Source: Candidatus Acetothermia bacterium
Lineage (GTDB): Bacteria > Bipolaricaulota > Bipolaricaulia > M55B111
Assembly (NCBI GenBank): GCA_046543235.1
Contig: JBKGZT010000012.1
Coordinates: 1-28,165 of the forward strand
Direction: 5' to 3'
DNA length: 28,165 nucleotides
Both the position numbers and the translations under genes were made by a program. The notes beneath the pieces were generated by a model, which made no database searches, was not told the origin of the DNA, and saw only the letters and a list, made by a program, of their open reading frames with translations. Below are positions 17,862 through 24,025 of this stretch, in pieces. The stretch's first letter is position 1. Every line of letters starts with the position of its first letter.

Positions 17862-19074
17862 AAAAGAAAAATCAGTGGGTAACGATCCCCTTGACGGGGT
17901 CATGGAAGATTTCTATAGATCCGGTTCAAAGGAGGAGGATAACTCATCTTCCGAAGACGAAAAAGCTTCTGGCGACCCAGGAAAGCAAGCAAAACACACC
18001 TCCAAGGAACCGGATTCCTACAACCCCGACGATTACAACCTCGCTAATTTAATGGTTATCGGTGTCGGCGGTGGGGGAAACAATGCCGTAAACCGGATGT
18101 CCGAAGCCGGAGTAGGCGGAGTGGAGCTAGTTTCCATAAACACCGACGCCCAGGTCCTGGAGATAAATAATGCGGATCGATACATCCAGATCGGGAAAGA
18201 CCTGACGGGAGGACTGGGTGCGGGCGGCAATCCGGAAATCGGGCGGGAGGCAGCTCTGGAAAGCCAGGAGACGATCGAAAAACTGCTGCAGGGCGTGGAC
18301 ATGCTATTCATAACATGTGGAATGGGCGGGGGAACCGGTACGGGTGCCACCCCCGTAATCGCCGAAGCCGCCCAGCAAATGGAAATCCTTACAACCGGCA
18401 TAGTAACAAAGCCTTTCTCTTTTGAGGGCCAGGAACGGGCGGAAAAAGCCCACCGGGGCCTGAAGAACCTGGTCGACAGGGTCGATACGATAATCACGAT
18501 ATCCAACGATCGGTTGCTGGAGGTCGCTCCTGGGGACATATCGTTAATAAAAGCTTTTGGCATGGTCGACGAAATACTCATGCAGGGAGTCAAAGGAATC
18601 TCCGAATTGATCACGGTTCCCGGGATGATTAACCTGGATTTTGCCGATCTCGAGAACGCGATGAAAAACGGTGGTCCTGCACTAATGGGTATAGGGGAGG
18701 CAGAAGGGGACGATAAAACCGAAAAAGCCGCGGAGAACGCGATATCTTCCCCTCTTCTTGAAGGTTCCATCAAGGGGGCCCGGAACATCATCATGAACTT
18801 CACGGGGAATCCCGAGCTATCCCTGGAGGAAGTCACGAGAGCGGCCGAACTCGTCAAGGGTCAGGCCGACGAGGAAGCGGATATAATGTTCGGTACCACC
18901 ATAAAAGACGGCCTGGAGACGGTAAAGCTAACTATAATTGCAACCGGCTACAATAGCCGACAAGAGGGAAGCGATGAAGAAGCTATCAGAAACATCGCCC
19001 TCGCGGAGGATGAAAACGGCAACCTGGCCGACGAAGACGACCTGGATACCCCGACTTTCCTGAGAAAAGGTTAA
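17854..19074 (+). CDS. ftsZ: Cell division GTPase FtsZ with ~60-aa N-terminal extension
   Basis: VIGVGGGGNNAV, GLGAGG.P, tubulin signature GMGGGTGTG, T7 loop INLDFAD, C-terminal peptide LDTPTFLRK; SD GGGTGA inside the parA end; ATGCATAA 8-nt overlap with the parA stop. Confidence 0.97.
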   Translation: MHKKEKSVGNDPLDGVMEDFYRSGSKEEDNSSSEDEKASGDPGKQAKHTSKEPDSYNPDDYNLANLMVIGVGGGGNNAVNRMSEAGVGGVELVSINTDAQVLEINNADRYIQIGKDLTGGLGAGGNPEIGREAALESQETIEKLLQGVDMLFITCGMGGGTGTGATPVIAEAAQQMEILTTGIVTKPFSFEGQERAEKAHRGLKNLVDRVDTIITISNDRLLEVAPGDISLIKAFGMVDEILMQGVKGISELITVPGMINLDFADLENAMKNGGPALMGIGEAEGDDKTEKAAENAISSPLLEGSIKGARNIIMNFTGNPELSLEEVTRAAELVKGQADEEADIMFGTTIKDGLETVKLTIIATGYNSRQEGSDEEAIRNIALAEDENGNLADEDDLDTPTFLRKG

Positions 19075-19301
19075 GGGCACAAAATATTCCGAACCCCTCC
19101 ATACAAATAAAGTACCGAGTGCCTGGTTACAAAGGACGTACTCTCTTCACCAAGTTCCGGCGATGTTCGGGCTTAGTATTTTCGCTTTTCCAATCTTCCC
19201 GGCCGGTTCTCGGCCCCCCTCGTTACCCTCACCGTGAAGTGGCAGCTTCCGGAGGACTGGTACGGCGGTAAATTCTTAAACCTCAATTCTCTAGGGTCGG
19301 C

Positions 19302-19396
19302 AATAGCTGGAAAAGCCCCTGCTCGGGTTCCTCAACACCCTCGCTAGCGCTTTGGTCAAGGGCACCCAAACCCGAGCAGGAGCCTTACCAACTATT
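19302..19396 (-). other. 95-nt rod-like inverted repeat (structured RNA, processing site or terminator)
   Basis: AATAGTTGGTAAGGCTCCTGCTCGGGTT pairs without gaps with AACCCGAGCAGGGGCTTTTCCAGCTATT (28 positions, 3 G-U, 1 U-U), enclosing a G-U-rich inner stem. Confidence 0.7.
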
Positions 19397-19450
19397 TACA
19401 AGTTTTAAGATTCTAAATTGCCTCTTTTGAAAATAACTGAAAAACACAGC

Positions 19451-20482
19451 TCAGTAGAAGAGATCCTTCATCTCCAGAAAGTGATCGTCTATCGGCTTGG
19501 GAGAATTCGCTATTACTTTCTCCAGACCAACCGCTTCAATCCGGTTACCCTTGGAGGCCGTCATGTAACCGAACTCGCCTTCCAAACAAAGTTCCACTGC
19601 CTTGACTCCATATCGGGTTGCAAGAAGCCTGTCGAAGGCGGTCGGTTCCCCCCCTCGCTGTAAGTAGGCCAGGGTGGTTACCCTTATCGGCATATCCAGT
19701 ATCGCGGCGAGCTGGTCCTTGAGATAGTGCCCTATTCCCCCCAGCTTGACGTGGCCAAACGAATCAGTTCCCGACTCCCTGGTTATCTGTTGATCGACTT
19801 CCTTCGGGCTGGCCCCCTCGGATATGACGATGATCGAGAAGTTTTTCCCGGCCGACTCGCGTTCCTTGATCCGCTCCTTGACGTCTTTTACCTTGAACGG
19901 TTCCTCCGGGACCAGGATGGAGTCGGCACCGCCAGCAAGACCTCCGAACAGAGCTATCCAGCCGGAATCCCTGCCCATTACCTCGAGTACCATGACCCGA
20001 TGGTGAGAGTAAGCCGTCGTATGAAGCTGATCCACCGCCTTCATCACCTGTGAAAAAGCAGAATTAAACCCGATAGAGTATTCGGTCTCGGCGAGATCGT
20101 TGTCTATCGTCTGGGGGATTCCTACGGCGTTTATGTCGTAGTCCCTCAACTTATGAGCCACTCCGAGCGTATCGTCCCCGCCTATCGGTATTAACGCATC
20201 CAGTTCGTTGGCTTCGTAGTTCTCCACGGCCTGATCGGGGCCACCTTCGATAGAAAACGGGTTGGTTCTGGAACTTCCCAAAAACGTACCACCGACTGGC
20301 AGGATTCCTGAGACGTCGCCCCTCTCGAGCTCTTCTTTGTCGTCTTTAAGCAATCCGGCCCAGCCGTTTTTGAAGCCCAATACGTCAACCCCTTCGTCCT
20401 TTGCCTTTCGAACAATAGCTCTGATTGCCGCGTTAATGCCGGGAGAATCTCCTCCACCGGTCAAAATCCCGAGTTTATCCAT
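19451..20482 (-). CDS. pfkA: 6-phosphofructokinase (PfkA family; phosphoryl donor uncertain)
   Basis: ILTGGGDSPGINA, GGT.LGSSR, IGGDDT, PQTIDND, EVMGRDSG, LQRGG.P..FDR; start at ATG 20482 after SD AAGGTGA. Confidence 0.93.
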   Translation of the reverse strand: MDKLGILTGGGDSPGINAAIRAIVRKAKDEGVDVLGFKNGWAGLLKDDKEELERGDVSGILPVGGTFLGSSRTNPFSIEGGPDQAVENYEANELDALIPIGGDDTLGVAHKLRDYDINAVGIPQTIDNDLAETEYSIGFNSAFSQVMKAVDQLHTTAYSHHRVMVLEVMGRDSGWIALFGGLAGGADSILVPEEPFKVKDVKERIKERESAGKNFSIIVISEGASPKEVDQQITRESGTDSFGHVKLGGIGHYLKDQLAAILDMPIRVTTLAYLQRGGEPTAFDRLLATRYGVKAVELCLEGEFGYMTASKGNRIEAVGLEKVIANSPKPIDDHFLEMKDLFY

Positions 20483-20578
20483 CAATATCACCTTGTTTTT
20501 GAGTTTTTTCGAGGAAATACAGCTCCAGCCCACATGAAAAGGTTTCAAATTTTTCCCGAACCATACTACAACCGGGAT

Positions 20579-20606
20579 ATTTTACCAAGAAATCCCGGCT
20601 TTGCAA
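20579..20606 (-). promoter_or_regulatory. Promoter for pfkA
   Basis: TTGCAA (20606-20601), 16 bp, TAAAAT (20584-20579), preceded by TG (extended -10). Confidence 0.55.
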
Positions 20607-20635
20607 CAGGTAGGTCGGTTTTACGGTCAATTTAG

Positions 20636-20664
20636 TTGATAAAAGGTTTCTAATTCCGTAGTTT
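20636..20664 (+). promoter_or_regulatory. Possible promoter for folK-rng
   Basis: TTGATA (20636-20641), 17 bp, TAGTTT (20659-20664). Confidence 0.4.
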
Positions 20665-20754
20665 AATATTAGTAATGTCTTTTAAAGGGTTATGAGCGAA
20701 GATCGGAGCCTGGTTTTGGTTATTGGTTGCAATTAAACCTTCTGGTTGATATGC

Positions 20755-21237
20755 ATGGAGAGAGCTTTTTTAGGGCTGGGTTCAAATTTAGGCGACAGAA
20801 AGGCCAACGTCGATAATTCCATAGAACTTTTTACCCGCCAACCGGAGGTAAATCTCCTGGAGAAAGCCTCCAACTACGAGACCGAACCCGTCGGTCCTGT
20901 TCAACCCTGGTTTATAAATACTGCAATCGAGATCGAAACTTCCCTGTCACCCGAGGGGCTGCTGGACTGGTCAAAGGAAGTAGAAAAAAGAATTGGCCGG
21001 ATCGAATCCATACACTGGGGACCGAGGCTCGTGGATCTAGACCTGCTCCTTTATGATGAGCTGGTTACCGATACGGAGGAACTCAGACTCCCACATCCGG
21101 AGATGGCGAAGCGAAGATTTGTCCTTTTGCCCCTAATCGAGCTGGAAGACGATCTCGTTCATCCCGAACTGGGAACTCCTTTAAAAGAATTGCTAACTAA
21201 AACGGAAGAGAACAAAAAGGTGATAAAAACGTCATGA
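20755..21237 (+). CDS. folK: 2-amino-4-hydroxy-6-hydroxymethyldihydropteridine diphosphokinase
   Basis: AFLGLGSNLGDR, YETEP.G, F.N, WGPR..DLDLL, LPHP...RRFVL.PL. Confidence 0.96.
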   Translation: MERAFLGLGSNLGDRKANVDNSIELFTRQPEVNLLEKASNYETEPVGPVQPWFINTAIEIETSLSPEGLLDWSKEVEKRIGRIESIHWGPRLVDLDLLLYDELVTDTEELRLPHPEMAKRRFVLLPLIELEDDLVHPELGTPLKELLTKTEENKKVIKTS

Positions 21238-22469
21238 AACAAATCTTAATATCTTCAAAGGACAAAGAGCAACACGGGGAAAAGCGGATCGCGATTCTGG
21301 AAGACGGGAAACTGGTTGAAATCTTTTACGAGGATTTCCAGCAGGACAAGCTAGTGGGCAATATCTACAAAGGAAGAGTGGAAGATATCCTTTCCGGGCT
21401 CGGTTCTGCCTTCGTCGACGTGGGAGAGGAACAAAGCCTGTTTCTATCCCGTAGCGAAATAAACCAGGCAATCCTCAGAAGCAGGGGCTTTAACCCAAAG
21501 GAATATCCGCCCAGGATAGACAAGGTAATCAACGAAGGTGAATCCCTGATCGTTCAGGTAAAACGGGGTGGAATCGGGTCGAAGAACCCGCAGGGCACTA
21601 CGAAGGTAAGTCTCCCAGGGCGGTACTGGGTTTTCCTGCCCAAGGATAGCCGTCTGGGAATTTCTCGTAGAATAACCGACGACAGAGAAATCCAGAGGCT
21701 CAAGGACGTCGCAAGAAACCTGAAGGAAGAGAACGAGGGATTGATAGCTCGGACGGCATCCAAAAACGCTTCCAAGGAAGACCTGAAACGTGACTTCAAT
21801 TTCCTTCTCGGCACCTGGAAAGGTGTGGAGGAAGAAGCAAACAACGTAAAAGCTCCACACCTGCTGCACTCGCATGCCGGAATGGTCAGGACGGTGATCC
21901 GAGATCGGCTTCTGGAGGACGTCGACGAGGTATTGACGAACTCCAAACCCGTGTACGAGGATATAATAGATTACCTGCACTACCTGAGAATGGATAATTT
22001 TCAGGACGTCGTCCGCCACTACCAGCAAGATACCCCAATGTTCAAGCATTACGGGGTCGAAAAGCAACTCGAGAAGTGTCTCCAGAGGGAGGTTAGCCTC
22101 GATTCGGGAGGTTACCTGGCAATCGACGAGACAGAAGCCCTGACGGCTATTGACGTTAACACGGGGGGTAACGTAAACCACAAAAACCAGGCTCAAGCAA
22201 TCCTGAACACGAACCTCTCCGCGGCCAGAGAAATCCCGATTCAACTAAGGCTGCGCAAAATAAGCGGGATAATCATCGTGGACTTCGTGGATATGTACGA
22301 TAACGAGGACCAGCAAAAAGTCATAGACAAACTAAAAAAGAGCCTCCGCGAGGACCGTGTTCCAGCGGACTTCATAGATATGACGCCCCTAGGTCTAGTG
22401 GAAATCACCCGGAAGCGAGAGGGTGAAAGTCTGGCCGATTTAATGGAAGGCTACCACGACGAAGAGTAA
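21234..22469 (+). CDS. rng: RNase E/G family endoribonuclease (short form)
   Basis: GNIYKGRV, SAFVD.G (S1 domain), L.GRY.V, IART, TEALTAIDVNTG, QLRLR..SGIIIVDFVDM, GLVEITRKR; ATGA overlap with folK. Confidence 0.93.
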   Translation: MKQILISSKDKEQHGEKRIAILEDGKLVEIFYEDFQQDKLVGNIYKGRVEDILSGLGSAFVDVGEEQSLFLSRSEINQAILRSRGFNPKEYPPRIDKVINEGESLIVQVKRGGIGSKNPQGTTKVSLPGRYWVFLPKDSRLGISRRITDDREIQRLKDVARNLKEENEGLIARTASKNASKEDLKRDFNFLLGTWKGVEEEANNVKAPHLLHSHAGMVRTVIRDRLLEDVDEVLTNSKPVYEDIIDYLHYLRMDNFQDVVRHYQQDTPMFKHYGVEKQLEKCLQREVSLDSGGYLAIDETEALTAIDVNTGGNVNHKNQAQAILNTNLSAAREIPIQLRLRKISGIIIVDFVDMYDNEDQQKVIDKLKKSLREDRVPADFIDMTPLGLVEITRKREGESLADLMEGYHDEE

Positions 22470-22498
22470 ATCTTGCCTCATCCTGCGGATAAATCGAT

Positions 22499-22527
22499 AA
22501 ATGCCCCGCAACTCCTGCGGGGCATTT
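22499..22527. terminator. Probable bidirectional intrinsic terminator between rng and fabZ
   Basis: Perfect 12-bp stem AAATGCCCCGCA-ACTCC-TGCGGGGCATTT between convergent genes. Confidence 0.8.
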
Positions 22528-22592
22528 GATTTGAACGCTTAAAGGGGCAGGTGATCCAGTAGAAATCTCGGCGTTCGCCATTCACCCTGCCG

Positions 22593-23030
22593 TCATTCCT
22601 CGAAAGCCAGGGTGATCTCGGCCTCGGAAACCAGCTCGCCCTTAACGCTGGCTTCCACTAACACACGACAAACGGAGCTCCTCTTTCTTTCTAGCTTTCC
22701 CTCCAGGGTCAACTGATCCCCAGGGATCACCTTTTCCCTGAACCTGGCACCGTCGACCCCCACCAGGTACCCGAGCCCCGTTTCTTCTCTATCTCTACCG
22801 GCTAGAATTCCGGCCACCTGGGCCATCGCCTCGACAATCATGGTACCGGGCATGACCGAAGGGCCGGGTTCCGGAAAGTGTCCCTGGAAAAACGGTTCGT
22901 TGATCGTGACGTTCTTTATCCCTTTGACCCGATCGTCTTCTAATTCGACGATCCTATCCACCAGCAAATAGGGATAACGTAGTTCAATGGCGTCCTTTAT
23001 CTCTTCTATATCCATCGCTAGGGGCGTCAA
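22593..23030 (-). CDS. fabZ: 3-hydroxyacyl-ACP dehydratase
   Basis: RYPYLLVDRI, KNVTINEPFFQGHFP, MPG...EAMAQ, FR..V.PGD. TTG start overlaps the skp stop; alternative ATG at 23015. Confidence 0.95.
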   Translation of the reverse strand: MTPLAMDIEEIKDAIELRYPYLLVDRIVELEDDRVKGIKNVTINEPFFQGHFPEPGPSVMPGTMIVEAMAQVAGILAGRDREETGLGYLVGVDGARFREKVIPGDQLTLEGKLERKRSSVCRVLVEASVKGELVSEAEITLAFEE

Positions 23031-23995
23031 CCCGTCAGTTCTTCTTTCAAGGCCGACTTTGCCGTTTCCGTCAGGTCATCGACTCTATCCTCGTCCCCGT
23101 ACAGGACAACGTTTTCCTGTCGTAAAACCAGGTCGTAACCTTCCTCGTTTCCACGGCGGTTTGCAACCTGGAATATTTTAGACTCTATCAGAGAGTTCAG
23201 CTGGTCATCGAGCTGTTGGTAGATGTTTTGTATCTGAGACAGAGTATTGGAGACCTCCTCCGGCTCCGCCTCACCTTCTTCCATATCGCTCAGTACGTTG
23301 TCCAGTTCGTCCGTGGCAGGCTGCACCTGACCGGAGAGTTCTTCGAGCTGACCGGCTACCGATTCAAAACCGGGGGCGGAGATCATCTTTTCCACCATCG
23401 CCAGATCTATTGCCAGCTGGGCCTCCAGCCTTTCCGCCTGCAGTATATCGGCCTGGCGCCGGTATTCGCCTTCGGATATTTCTCCTTGAACCGCCTGTTC
23501 CCGCAGACTCACCAGTTCTTGTTCTTTCTCCTCAGCACGTTCTCTTTCCTCACTTACCGCGTCAGTGAACACGGTGAAGGCCTCAGTCGCGTTGACGTAG
23601 CCCACCTCGAGCCCAGAAGAGCCGTCTTCCGTCCCGGTTTCCGGCTCCTCGAACTGGCTCACTTCGGTTTCCAATTCACCAACCCTGCTTTCCAGGTCCG
23701 TCAGTTCCGAGCTCGATGGACCGGATTCGCTCTCATCCCCTACTTCTCCCTTCAGCTCATCGACGGAATCCTTCAGGGAGCTTACCTCGTCTACCGAGGC
23801 GTAAGACGAAAAATCCTCTGGCATTTCACTTACTTTGGAATCCAGCGTGTCGAGTCTGTCGTTTATGGCATCCACTCTTTCTGAGAGATCGGAGACGTTC
23901 GAACCTCCCCCCGTAAACTCACTACCTACAAATCCACCCAAAAATCCCAGTCCCAGCGCAACTAACAAAACTACAGTAATTTTAAGATTTGACAT
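23027..23995 (-). CDS. skp: OmpH/Skp-family periplasmic chaperone with N-terminal hydrophobic segment and coiled-coil extension
   Basis: EVGYVN...AF and GYDLVL....VLYG....DLT motifs of OmpH; directly after bamA; start ATG 23995 after SD GAGGTGA. Confidence 0.75.
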   Translation of the reverse strand: MSNLKITVVLLVALGLGFLGGFVGSEFTGGGSNVSDLSERVDAINDRLDTLDSKVSEMPEDFSSYASVDEVSSLKDSVDELKGEVGDESESGPSSSELTDLESRVGELETEVSQFEEPETGTEDGSSGLEVGYVNATEAFTVFTDAVSEERERAEEKEQELVSLREQAVQGEISEGEYRRQADILQAERLEAQLAIDLAMVEKMISAPGFESVAGQLEELSGQVQPATDELDNVLSDMEEGEAEPEEVSNTLSQIQNIYQQLDDQLNSLIESKIFQVANRRGNEEGYDLVLRQENVVLYGDEDRVDDLTETAKSALKEELTG

Positions 23996-24025
23996 GTTAT
24001 TCACCTCATTGATTTGATTGCTCGG

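Noticed and set aside
19075-19450. RNase P, SRP or tmRNA gene in the ftsZ-pfkA gap
   Set aside because: No GAGGAAAGUCC core, no properly arranged SRP domain IV with GNRA loop, and no tRNA-like ends on either strand.
20483-20548. N-terminal extension of pfkA in the ORF track
   Set aside because: SD AAGGTGA precedes ATG 20482 and family homology starts there.
20755-22469. folK-rng coupling as a functional system
   Set aside because: The ATGA overlap is real, but nothing suggests more than housekeeping co-transcription.
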